Shown piece by piece: positions 7,270 to 15,770 of a stretch of DNA of 64,000 bases. A model generated the notes under the pieces. The model was not told where the DNA came from. It saw nothing but the letters and a program-made list of their open reading frames with translations, and made no database searches. Position 1 is the stretch's first letter. Each line of letters opens with the position of its first letter. The translations under genes were made by a program, and so were the position numbers. Source of the stretch: Bacteroidota bacterium (lineage in GTDB: Bacteria > Bacteroidota > Ignavibacteria > OLB7); assembly GCA_018266795.1 (NCBI GenBank), contig JAFDZV010000047.1, positions 54,759 to 118,758 of the forward strand, in the 5' to 3' direction.

Positions 7270-9294
7270 ATGAAGCAGGATCGATATCGCTTCGCATCCG
7301 GACGTCTCTCGAATGGGACGGATGGGTGTGGAGGCAGCAAGACCCTCGCATGGCGCGGAACCCGGCTCGGGTTCCGCGCCATCGCTGTTCTGTGGAGCGC
7401 TGCGATCGCGGCCACGATTATTCTCCCGGCATGCGCGCGCGCGCAGTCCGGTGTCGAGCTCGGACCAGGCGCTGCGTACGAGTTCGGCCTTCAGCTCGGG
7501 CTGAACAGAGTGCCCGGCGCAGTGGACTGGTGTGCATGCAACGGCCACGGATCCTCCTACAATCATACCGTGTGGGCCGGCGCCTCGCTCCGCGGCCTCT
7601 TCAGCGGCCCATTCGATCTCGCCGAACGCATGAACGTCGGTTACTCCATCGGCCGTTTCACATCCGATATCTACGACGATACCGCCGCGGCCGGGCACCG
7701 GGACAGATTCATCGTCAACGGAAAGGCGTTCTACGTCTCGGAGGATCTTCTCGCGCTCTGGCACGTTCCGGCCGGGCTTGCGCTGGAGTTCGGTCCCTCG
7801 GTCACCTACCGGGTGAACGGCATCTACACGCAGAGCGAACAGATTGTCGAGCCGGCGGACGCAACCTTTCCGGTCTCGGGAACACCGCAGCGCGAGCTGC
7901 GGAGCGGAGACATCCTCGCCGATGCCCGTCTGCAGGTGGCCCTGCTTGCCGGCGCATCGTACGGCATGCCCCTCTCCGGAACGCTCAGGCTGCTGCCGGC
8001 CCTGCATGCCCGCATCAGCCTGGAGGGGCTGCGCCTCGGGCTTGGCCTGCAGGCCGTCTCGCTGAACGCCGGATTCACACTCCTCGTGAATGTGAACGGG
8101 GCAGAGAATGAGCAGATGGATACACACCTGGAGCCCGGGCCTCCGCATCCGGTGCCGTTCAGGGCTTCGGTGGATATCTATGCGTACGACTCTACCGGTC
8201 TTCGCGCCAAGATGTTCACTGTCCGGCGGCGAAACATGCGTCATACACAGCGCGCGCTCCTTCCCTCCGTGATCGCGTTCAGCCGTAACTCTGCTCTCGT
8301 TTCGGAGCGCTACCTGCTTCTGAATCGCAGCCAGGCACAGACCTTCTCCATCGATTCGCTGGTGCGGATTGACCCGTTCCGGATGGTGGGGCAGTCGTTG
8401 AACGTGGTTGGGATGCGCATGCGGAACAACCCGCAGGCTGTGCTGGCGCTTGCCGGCATGCGTGCGCCGGCGGAGGCGCCGGGAATTGCACACGCGCGGG
8501 CGCTCGCCGTTCGCAGCTACCTCGAGGAGACGTGGGGAGTGGATGCGGGGAGAATCGTCATTGGCGGTGATCCGGCCGCCATTGGGCACGACTCGATCGC
8601 CGGCGTTCAGCTCAGTTCTCAATGGCCCGGATTGTTTGCGCCGGTCGAGACGGTATGGGACGAGCAGCAGATCGATGCGCCGCAGATCGGCCTGAAGCCG
8701 CAGTTCACAGGGGGCATGGGCATGCGGTCGTGGGAGATCACCGTTCGACGCAACGGGAACGAAGTCGCGCACGCCTCCTCCGACGGCTCTGTCCGCAGCT
8801 ACGACATGAACCTCGGTCTGGGAGATGAAGGCGCCGCCGTGCCTCCCGCTCCGTTGGTGGCAGTGCTCACGGCGGAGGATTCCAGCGGCGCACTGGTTGC
8901 GGCGCGCGACACCCTTCCGGTACAGGTGGCGCCAACGGCGGCGGTGGATTCACGGCAATGGGCTGCCTACGGCATAACGATTGGCGACTCCGGATCCATG
9001 CGGGATGCGGCGGCCATGCTGGCAGCCATTGAGACGACGGTGCAATCGGGCGATCATGTGCTGATCCAGCATCCTCCCGGCATGGAGACAGCCCGCACCG
9101 GCGCGCAGCTCCTCGCCGATCGCCTTACCGAGCGGGGAGCAATCGTTCGCATCGAACAGGCGGAGGCCGATCGGGTGGACGGGGGGCATCCGGCCGGCGG
9201 GCATCCGGCCGGCGGGCATCCGGCCGGCGGGCATCCGGCCGGTTCCGTTGCGGTGAACATGCTGGCGGTAACGGTTGAGAGCGGGAGGCGGTAG
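7270..9294 (+). CDS. Outer-membrane-associated protein with OmpA-like C-terminal region and a C-terminal (GGHPA)4 repeat
   Basis: The plus-strand ORF has a signal-like segment (AIAVLWSAAIAATIILPACARAQSG) and protein-like composition. The antisense 511-aa ORF is Arg-rich. OmpA-like segment: ALAGMRAPAEAPGIAHARALAVRSYLEETWGVDAGRIVIGG. First ATG at 7270 (the track start at 7267 is GTG). Confidence 0.65.
   Translation: MKQDRYRFASGRLSNGTDGCGGSKTLAWRGTRLGFRAIAVLWSAAIAATIILPACARAQSGVELGPGAAYEFGLQLGLNRVPGAVDWCACNGHGSSYNHTVWAGASLRGLFSGPFDLAERMNVGYSIGRFTSDIYDDTAAAGHRDRFIVNGKAFYVSEDLLALWHVPAGLALEFGPSVTYRVNGIYTQSEQIVEPADATFPVSGTPQRELRSGDILADARLQVALLAGASYGMPLSGTLRLLPALHARISLEGLRLGLGLQAVSLNAGFTLLVNVNGAENEQMDTHLEPGPPHPVPFRASVDIYAYDSTGLRAKMFTVRRRNMRHTQRALLPSVIAFSRNSALVSERYLLLNRSQAQTFSIDSLVRIDPFRMVGQSLNVVGMRMRNNPQAVLALAGMRAPAEAPGIAHARALAVRSYLEETWGVDAGRIVIGGDPAAIGHDSIAGVQLSSQWPGLFAPVETVWDEQQIDAPQIGLKPQFTGGMGMRSWEITVRRNGNEVAHASSDGSVRSYDMNLGLGDEGAAVPPAPLVAVLTAEDSSGALVAARDTLPVQVAPTAAVDSRQWAAYGITIGDSGSMRDAAAMLAAIETTVQSGDHVLIQHPPGMETARTGAQLLADRLTERGAIVRIEQAEADRVDGGHPAGGHPAGGHPAGGHPAGSVAVNMLAVTVESGRR
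9181..9240 (+). repeat. In-frame 15-nt tandem repeat (ggcgggcatccggcc x4) encoding (GGHPA)4
   Basis: Four near-perfect direct copies seen directly in the sequence, at the 3' end of the 7270..9294 CDS. Confidence 0.9.
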
Positions 9295-9303
9295 CGGAAC
9301 GTG

Positions 9304-10323
9304 CTATCCCTCGCTGCCGGGGCCCGGAGGTACGGGGCGTACGATGATCCAGCAGTACAGGCCGCACAACGCGAATACGGAGTTCAGCACGCCGTGGGTG
9401 ATGCCCATGACCGGGATGGTGATGAATCTCACCTGCAGATATGTCCCCACAGCATACAGCGCAGCCAGCAGCATGGCGATCAACGACGCAACGGACGAAA
9501 TGCGAAGCAACAGTGCCGGGCGTGACTCCAGCGAGCGTGCGATTGCGCCCATGGTGACGATGGCGAAGAGCGTTACGCTCGATGCGAGCAGAAGCGCCGA
9601 GAGAATTTCAACCACGGGAGTTCGTACGGCCAGCGTGATCCCGGCGGCCACCAGCGGCGGACCCGCAATGATACCGGGTGCCGCGAACAGATACATCCGC
9701 CATGCGCGCTTCATTCCCTGCCCCTCCGGCGCCTCGCGCATCGATGCGAGATAGCGGCCTGCCATTCCCGCAAGCAGCGGCGCGATGAAGCCGGCGAAGT
9801 GAAAGTGAACGGCCGTCAGGAGTGCGATCACACCACCAAACCCGAGCATCGTGGTGTTGAACTGATGCACTGCCAGCCAGGCCCCGCCGATCGGAAGATA
9901 GAGCAGTGCTGCCGTGATGGCCAGCTGGTCCAATCTGAATGCGTGCGGCTCGCGCAGCCGAAGCAGGCCGGCGGCGCCGGCTACGACACAGAAGAGTAGC
10001 CAGAGCAGCGCGAGGGCGCCTGCGATGATCCCGGGTTGAAGCAGGCAGGATGCCGCCGCGGCAATCCCTGCGAACGGCTGAATGAAGCGCGCAAGGCGGT
10101 AGACGCCGTTGTTCCCCGCGCCGCGGCCGGGGAATGCCGCCAGCTCCAGACCCAGCGGAACGAAGACGAGGATCCCCAGCAGCAACAGCAGCGAGAAGCG
10201 GTTGAGCGCCTCGTTGCCGAAGGTGTTTGCCACCACCATCGCCACCCACAACGCGCTCCCGAGCAGGGCGCTCATCAACGCGTAGCCGCTTCTGTTGTCG
10301 TCGTTTTCCTGTGACGTGGCCAT
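9304..10323 (-). CDS. Polytopic integral membrane protein, function unknown
   Basis: 339 aa with about 8-10 hydrophobic helices (e.g. LLLLGILVFVPLGLELAAF, LALLWLLFCVVAGAAGLL, LFAAPGIIAGPPLVAAGITLAV). I do not recognise a family. Confidence 0.7.
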   Translation of the reverse strand: MATSQENDDNRSGYALMSALLGSALWVAMVVANTFGNEALNRFSLLLLLGILVFVPLGLELAAFPGRGAGNNGVYRLARFIQPFAGIAAAASCLLQPGIIAGALALLWLLFCVVAGAAGLLRLREPHAFRLDQLAITAALLYLPIGGAWLAVHQFNTTMLGFGGVIALLTAVHFHFAGFIAPLLAGMAGRYLASMREAPEGQGMKRAWRMYLFAAPGIIAGPPLVAAGITLAVRTPVVEILSALLLASSVTLFAIVTMGAIARSLESRPALLLRISSVASLIAMLLAALYAVGTYLQVRFITIPVMGITHGVLNSVFALCGLYCWIIVRPVPPGPGSEG

Positions 10324-10507
10324 CGGGGGAATCCGCTGATAGTTCTACAGGCTCCTCGCAGACTATTGGGCAACGCCATCGGCACGCGTTGGGCGTCACG
10401 TCCGCTCACTGCGACGTCCGGGATGACGCCTCGTTCGCGGCCGTCCGGCTGCCCTGCATCCGACTGCTGTTGAACAGTCTGTCGCATCGTACTGATTCAA
10501 CAGGCTG

Positions 10508-13297
10508 CTAGCGTATTACGTGCAGCATCGCCGTCTCCGTTCGTCCGCCCGCGCGAAGCGTGCACTCGTAGTTCCCGGGTGGAAGTGCCGCAACGTTGAA
10601 CGTCTGTCCCACGGAGCCTGCCTCTGCGTTGCCTTCTGCGTGCTGCATCATGCGGCCGAGCATGTCGCTTACCGTCAGGCTCCATGAGCCGTGCGCCGGC
10701 ATCGCGAACGAAAGCGTGAGCACCGTTGCGGCCGGGTTGGGAACGGCGTGGAGTGCGAGCGTGGAGTGCGCACGCGTTTCATCCGGGACGCCGGCAATGC
10801 CTGCGCGCGCCACCAGATAATTGGCGGTGATCCGGTCCAGGCCCTGGCGGTTCGTTGCGCGCACCGTGTACCGCAGCCCCTGCGCTGTCAACGAGTCCAC
10901 GCAGCCCGTGAAGACGTTGCCGGTATCGCGATGCAGCATGGCCGTGAACGCATGCGGCGTGCCATCCAGCGAGTACCGGGTTCCGCTCAGCATCACGGCG
11001 GTGATGCTGTCGGAGAGATCGTACGGATCGGGAAACACCTCAGCATGGAAGCAGATCTCTCCGCTTCCGGCGTTGCGCTCCGGCAGTGCCGCGGTATCCG
11101 GTGGTTCGTGAATCACGTACGGTCCCGCCCCCCAGGCGTAGTATGCGAACGGTTTCAGAAAACTGTAGTCGCTGCTCCACGTTGTGTACATCATTCCCCG
11201 CGCACCCTGAACGCCCTGCAGCGACAGCCGCCACGCGCGGATGTTGCGCGTATCGTGCTCGTCGTAATAGGGACAGGCGATCTGCTGGAAGCCCATGCCG
11301 CCGAACCATCCGAGACTGGAATCGCGCGAGCCGAAGTTCCAGTTCGCGACCAATGCGCTGTGCGGGATGGAGTCCCAGACGCCGGTAAGGTCGCCATTGA
11401 CCAGGTAGTAGCCTGCGTGAGCGTTATGGAACTTGTCGAACATGTCGCTCCACAGAACGCAGCCCGCACCCTGCTGCGCCGCACCGGCGATCGCGATGCA
11501 GCGGCGTACGTTGTCCGCGAGCAGGTTCGCAGGGCCGATGCCGCGCGCAAGGCATGCGGAGTCCTGATTCATCGCGCGAATCTCGTCGTGCCCGAACATG
11601 AACCTGTGTGGAGCGTAGAGCCCTGCAATGCCGTTCATCTGTGTACGCAGAATGGAGTAGAGTGTATCCTCCGACGGGCAGATCATCACCTGCCCGTTTC
11701 CCTGCTCGTCCGCTATCGTCGTGATCGGGTGGAACCAGGAGACGCGCACGGTGTCGCCGTTGTGGAGCGTGCCGCCTGGGATTCTCCGCAGCGTGGGGGG
11801 CGAATGGTAGGGCCCGTACGAACCGTTGCTTCCGGCAACCAGCGGATCGGCGATGGGCGCAACATCCGTCCCCTCGCGATACTCCGTGGCGCCGTTGCTG
11901 CTCCGGATATGAAGCGGCGTTCCCGGACGGCGCAGCACGTTGGTGAGGCCCGCATCGCGAACCTCGAAATCATCCCACCAGATCGTTCCGCTCCGGCCGC
12001 CCCATACACCGGCGTAGAGCAGCACCGTGCTGTCCTCCAAGGTGTTGAACACCACTTCGGCGCGCGTCCATCCGCTGGTGGTTGCCGGCACATTGAACTG
12101 CGTGAACGTGAGCGCCTGCGTGTTTCCCTTGCTGTCCAGTCCGAGCGCAAGCAACTGCACCGCATCCGCGCTGAGCCCGGAGGTCTTCAGCCATGCGCTC
12201 ATCACGTAGGTCCGGTGCGGGTTGCAGCTCATCCTCCGATTGAACCGGCAGTTGCCGCTGGGATTGCCGTTGGTGAAGTTGGTGCATCGCGCGCTGCGTG
12301 TGCCGCTGTGAACCGTTGTGTTGTCCGCGGTTACGGCGCCGTCGTCGTAGAAGCTCCAGCCGGTGAACGTTCCGTTGCCATCCACATTCTCGAAACCGCC
12401 GTTCGGAAGCGCAACCCGTGCGTCGGGCAGAAGGCGTCCCGTGTCCGCCTCCATCACGTACGGGGCCGATGCTGCGAAGCCCTCTGCAAGGTTGGGATCG
12501 TGCCAGAGGATTCCCTCGGAGTATCCGATGTCCGCCGTGCCCGGGATGATCTCCGCGTTCGCCGCCGCCGCCATCGCCTTGAACCGGCTCACGCTGTCGA
12601 AGTAGTATTGCGGCTGCTGCTCCAGCAGGTTGTACTTGAAATCACCCTGCTGTATGCCGTTCAGCCTGTATGCCGCCATCGTATCGAGCACGGTGCCGAG
12701 CTGCTTCATCGCGTTGGCGCCGCGCAGGTTGTGCTGCGAGAACACCCAGCGCACCGGATAGTCCGGATAATCCCACACGAACGCTCCCTGCACGAACAGC
12801 GAAGCGTTACCCGGTGTGGTGAGTTGCAGCAGCGTGACAACGCCATTGAAGATCCCGTCAGGATCGTTCCCGACCACCAGTGCCTGGCCGCTCCGCACGT
12901 CGATCGCGTATCCTCCCGGTTCCACAGAACTTCTTCCCGGCATCTCCGCACCCTTCGGCAGGGCACGCGCTGCGCGGGCGGCAACGAATGCGTTCGCGTA
13001 CGTTCCAAGAACGATCGCCGGAGCGCCGGCCGTATCCCACTGCGCGATCGGCACGATCGGGCAGCTGCCCGTGCTTCGAGTGCGGATGCCCTGTTGCAGA
13101 TAGCGTGCCGCACGCATCGTCGTGGAGTCCGCATCGTCCGGCACCACGATCGGCGTCTCCGGGTGAATCGCGAACGTCTCCGTGCGGGCGAATGCCGTCT
13201 TCGGATGCGGCATCAGCCCTTCCATCGGTCCCTGGGCCGCCATCGGTGACGATGCGGTCGCGAGAACGGCGAAGAGAATGAGGATGCGTCTGTTCAT
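10508..13297 (-). CDS. Secreted glycoside-hydrolase-like protein (GH20-b/GH67-type N-terminal domain, CBM4/9-like module) with T9SS C-terminal sorting domain
   Basis: Signal peptide MNRRILILFAVLATASSPMAAQG. GGYAIDVRSGQALVVGNDPDGIFNGVVTLLQL resembles the GH20 domain-2 fold. GGFENVDGNGTFTGWSF...WWDDFEV is CBM4/9-like. The C-terminal ~80 aa (VPNPAATVLTLSF...GNYECTLRAGGRTETAMLHVIR) are T9SS CTD-like. The 852-aa plus-strand ORF here is an antisense artifact. Confidence 0.8.
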   Translation of the reverse strand: MNRRILILFAVLATASSPMAAQGPMEGLMPHPKTAFARTETFAIHPETPIVVPDDADSTTMRAARYLQQGIRTRSTGSCPIVPIAQWDTAGAPAIVLGTYANAFVAARAARALPKGAEMPGRSSVEPGGYAIDVRSGQALVVGNDPDGIFNGVVTLLQLTTPGNASLFVQGAFVWDYPDYPVRWVFSQHNLRGANAMKQLGTVLDTMAAYRLNGIQQGDFKYNLLEQQPQYYFDSVSRFKAMAAAANAEIIPGTADIGYSEGILWHDPNLAEGFAASAPYVMEADTGRLLPDARVALPNGGFENVDGNGTFTGWSFYDDGAVTADNTTVHSGTRSARCTNFTNGNPSGNCRFNRRMSCNPHRTYVMSAWLKTSGLSADAVQLLALGLDSKGNTQALTFTQFNVPATTSGWTRAEVVFNTLEDSTVLLYAGVWGGRSGTIWWDDFEVRDAGLTNVLRRPGTPLHIRSSNGATEYREGTDVAPIADPLVAGSNGSYGPYHSPPTLRRIPGGTLHNGDTVRVSWFHPITTIADEQGNGQVMICPSEDTLYSILRTQMNGIAGLYAPHRFMFGHDEIRAMNQDSACLARGIGPANLLADNVRRCIAIAGAAQQGAGCVLWSDMFDKFHNAHAGYYLVNGDLTGVWDSIPHSALVANWNFGSRDSSLGWFGGMGFQQIACPYYDEHDTRNIRAWRLSLQGVQGARGMMYTTWSSDYSFLKPFAYYAWGAGPYVIHEPPDTAALPERNAGSGEICFHAEVFPDPYDLSDSITAVMLSGTRYSLDGTPHAFTAMLHRDTGNVFTGCVDSLTAQGLRYTVRATNRQGLDRITANYLVARAGIAGVPDETRAHSTLALHAVPNPAATVLTLSFAMPAHGSWSLTVSDMLGRMMQHAEGNAEAGSVGQTFNVAALPPGNYECTLRAGGRTETAMLHVIR

Positions 13298-13507
13298 GGT
13301 GCCTGGTGCAACGATCGTGGAACCAGTGATGCGGAACGATGCGGTGCGCCGCGCGGGAGCATCGCTTCCGCCGGACTATTGTATCGCATCGCGATACGTG
13401 CGGACTCGTTCGCGGCATTGCGCCGGCGGAGGTCGGGGAAGGCGGAGCAAGGTAGCCACTCGTGATGGGAGTGCCAAACCGCAGGCGGGCGCAGACCCGG
13501 GGAACGC

Positions 13508-14005
13508 CTACTGCTGCAGCCGCTTGCTCATGATCACGCTCCGGTAGTTGGCGGCATCCCACTGGGTATGATCAACCAGCCGGTATCCGTGCCGCGAATA
13601 GTAGGCAATCAGATGGTGAGCAGGCTCCGCAGTGTCCAGCGCTATCTCCTCAGCCCCCTCATTGCGGGCCATCACCTCCACGGCTTCGAGCAGCCGTGTC
13701 CCGATGCCCGCTCCCTGCAGCTCCGGCTCAACGCCGAACTGTCCGAAGGAGCAGACCTCCGGGCGGTCGTACCATGCCGTACCGCCGGCGTTCGCGCAGT
13801 TGTAGTACATGATGGTTCCCACGATTCGTCCGTCGATCTCGGCCACGAGACATGTGCCGTTATCGATGCGTTCCTGCGTCTGCCGGTCCGTCTGATACGT
13901 TGCAAGGAATCGGAGTCCCATCTCCGCCAGGCCTCTGTACGCGCGGTGAAGGAGCCGGGTAAGCTCCGTCAACGAATCGGCCTCCGTAAATGTGCGAATG
14001 ATCAT
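13508..14005 (-). CDS. GNAT family N-acetyltransferase
   Basis: True start is the internal ATG (MIIRTFTEAD...) overlapping the upstream decarboxylase stop in ATGA. The 355-aa track ORF is an over-extension into the upstream gene. Acetyl-CoA binding motif QFGVEPELQGAGIGTRLLEAV. Confidence 0.85.
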   Translation of the reverse strand: MIIRTFTEADSLTELTRLLHRAYRGLAEMGLRFLATYQTDRQTQERIDNGTCLVAEIDGRIVGTIMYYNCANAGGTAWYDRPEVCSFGQFGVEPELQGAGIGTRLLEAVEVMARNEGAEEIALDTAEPAHHLIAYYSRHGYRLVDHTQWDAANYRSVIMSKRLQQ

Positions 14006-15453
14006 TGCGCTCGTGTTGGACTGGTGTCGGTTGTGGCTGCCGCGCAGCGCGCTCCCTCCTCCTCCAGTATGGCAATCGTCTGCTCGATCTCCTCCTTCGC
14101 GGTGCGCGGGTTGATGGTGCAGAGCCGCAGCACTACCCGCCCTCGCAGCTCCGTGGTGCTCAGCATCGCATAGCCGCTGGCCGTGAGTGCCTCGGTTATC
14201 GCGCGCTGCAGCGCGTCCATTTCCATCGGAGTGCGGGCCTCGTCGCGATAGCGGAAGGTGACGATGCCGATCTGCGCCGGCGTCATGATCTCCCACTGTG
14301 GATTGGAGCGCAGGCGCGCCTCCGCATGTTCGGCCAGCACGATCCCCCAGTCGATCGCCCGGCGAAATGCCGCGGCGCCGAACACCTTCAGCGACATCCA
14401 GAGTTTCAGCGCGCGGAAGCCTCTGGTAAGCTGGACGCCCCAGTCGCGGAAGTTCACCTCCTCCACAGTGAGATCCGAGTCCTTCAGGCAGGACGGCACC
14501 GCGCGAAACGTCTCGCGCAGCAACGTTCCCCTGCGCACGATCACGCAACTGCATTCGAACGGCTGGAAGAGCCACTTGTGCGGGTCCAGCGCGATCGAAT
14601 GCGCGCGGCCAAGCCCCGCAAGCAGCGGGCGTGCACGGTCGCTCAAGGCGGCCGCGGCTCCGTACGCGCCGTCAACATGAAACCAGAGTTCCTCGGCCTC
14701 GCAAAGATCGGCCACGGCATCCAGCGGATCGACTGCTCCGGTGTTGGTTGTTCCGGCGTTCCCCACAACGCAGAACGGCCGCAGCAGCTTCTCCCTGTCA
14801 TCAGTAATGCTCCGGCGCAGCGCAGCCATGTCCATGCGGAGGTCTGCATCCGATCGGACAATGCGAACGCGGTCCGGCGCGAACCCGAGGATGCGCGCGC
14901 CGCGCGTTACGGCGGAGTGTGCCTGGTCCGATGCATAGATCACCGCATCCTGCCACGTCTCCTCCGGAAGCTGATGGCGTGCGGTCGCCAGCGCAGTGAG
15001 GTTGGCCATGGAGCCGCCGCTGACGAAGAGTCCGCCCGCCTCCGGCGGCAGGCCGCAGATCTGGCGCAGCCAGTCCACCGTCACCAGCTCCACCTCCGCG
15101 GCTCCGGCGCCTGCAACCCATGAACCCGCGAACGGATTGAACCCGGCCACCAGAGCATCGGCCATCACGCTCACAACATTGCCCGGGCCGGGAACATAGG
15201 CGAAGAAACGAGGATGATCCACGCGTGTCGTGTTCGCGAACACGGACCCGAGAACTTCCTCCAGCACATGGCCGGGGGCTGAGGGCTCCTCCGGGAGGCC
15301 TGTTCGCAGAAGCGCTTCCATCCGGGTGCGCGAGGGAATGCTTGCCACCGGAAGCTCGCGGAGATGCTCGTGGCGATCCACGATCGCGTCCACTACTGCG
15401 TATCCGAACGCACGAAGTTCTTCGGCGGAGAGCGAGAGTCCTGAGTGTGGCAT
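14002..15453 (-). CDS. Pyridoxal-phosphate-dependent group II decarboxylase (aromatic-L-amino-acid / glutamate / diaminobutyrate decarboxylase family)
   Basis: 483 aa with SGGSMANLTALATAR, HVDGAYGAAAAL and the PLP-lysine motif SIALDPHKWLFQP. Full-length fold-type I decarboxylase architecture. Confidence 0.9.
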   Translation of the reverse strand: MPHSGLSLSAEELRAFGYAVVDAIVDRHEHLRELPVASIPSRTRMEALLRTGLPEEPSAPGHVLEEVLGSVFANTTRVDHPRFFAYVPGPGNVVSVMADALVAGFNPFAGSWVAGAGAAEVELVTVDWLRQICGLPPEAGGLFVSGGSMANLTALATARHQLPEETWQDAVIYASDQAHSAVTRGARILGFAPDRVRIVRSDADLRMDMAALRRSITDDREKLLRPFCVVGNAGTTNTGAVDPLDAVADLCEAEELWFHVDGAYGAAAALSDRARPLLAGLGRAHSIALDPHKWLFQPFECSCVIVRRGTLLRETFRAVPSCLKDSDLTVEEVNFRDWGVQLTRGFRALKLWMSLKVFGAAAFRRAIDWGIVLAEHAEARLRSNPQWEIMTPAQIGIVTFRYRDEARTPMEMDALQRAITEALTASGYAMLSTTELRGRVVLRLCTINPRTAKEEIEQTIAILEEEGARCAAATTDTSPTRAQ

Positions 15454-15701
15454 CGGCTGATGGAGCGAAGGAAATTACAGGAGCGGCATGCGATCGGCAG
15501 GGAACATGTGTCCGATCGGCAGCGGAGTAACCGGAGTTCCTGACGGCTGTTTCCTGCACCTGACCGTGAACGGCGCCGAGCCGCAGGCGAGCGTACGAAG
15601 AATCAATGCCCGGTTATGGAAGACCGCTCGCAACGCGCTCGGTCTTTTGGCAGGAACTCCTGCGTTCACTGCGAACATACAGCACCGCCGGATAACAGAG
15701 C

Positions 15702-15729
15702 GGCCCGGCGGGGAAATCTCCGCCGGGCC
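15702..15729 (-). terminator. GC-rich hairpin (10-bp stem ggcccggcgg / ccgccgggcc, 8-nt loop) 45 nt downstream of the giant metzincin gene stop
   Basis: Perfect inverted repeat seen in the sequence. On the minus strand it is followed by a modestly T-rich stretch (gctctgttatcc). Position is consistent with an intrinsic terminator. Confidence 0.5.
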
Positions 15730-15770
15730 GGATGAGGGTTGATGGCGATGGCCTGCCGTGCAGTTGGCTG

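Noticed and set aside
7237-8772. 511-aa minus-strand ORF, and the 405-aa plus-strand ORF at 6894..8111
   Set aside because: Arg-rich and out of frame or antisense relative to the PD40 lipoprotein and OmpA-like genes, whose translations carry signal peptides and recognisable domains.
9181-9240. Possible CRISPR-like repeats (15-nt units here and at 52595..52640)
   Set aside because: Repeats are contiguous without spacers, only 15 nt long, and in frame within coding sequences. They are not CRISPR arrays.
10691-13249. 852-aa plus-strand ORF
   Set aside because: Antisense to the GH-like T9SS cargo gene (clear signal peptide and CTD on the minus strand). Arg-rich.
13508-14575. 355-aa extended version of the GNAT ORF
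   Set aside because: The upstream 190 codons overlap the decarboxylase gene in another frame and are Arg/Ala-rich. The GNAT domain begins at the internal ATG that forms an ATGA overlap with the decarboxylase stop.
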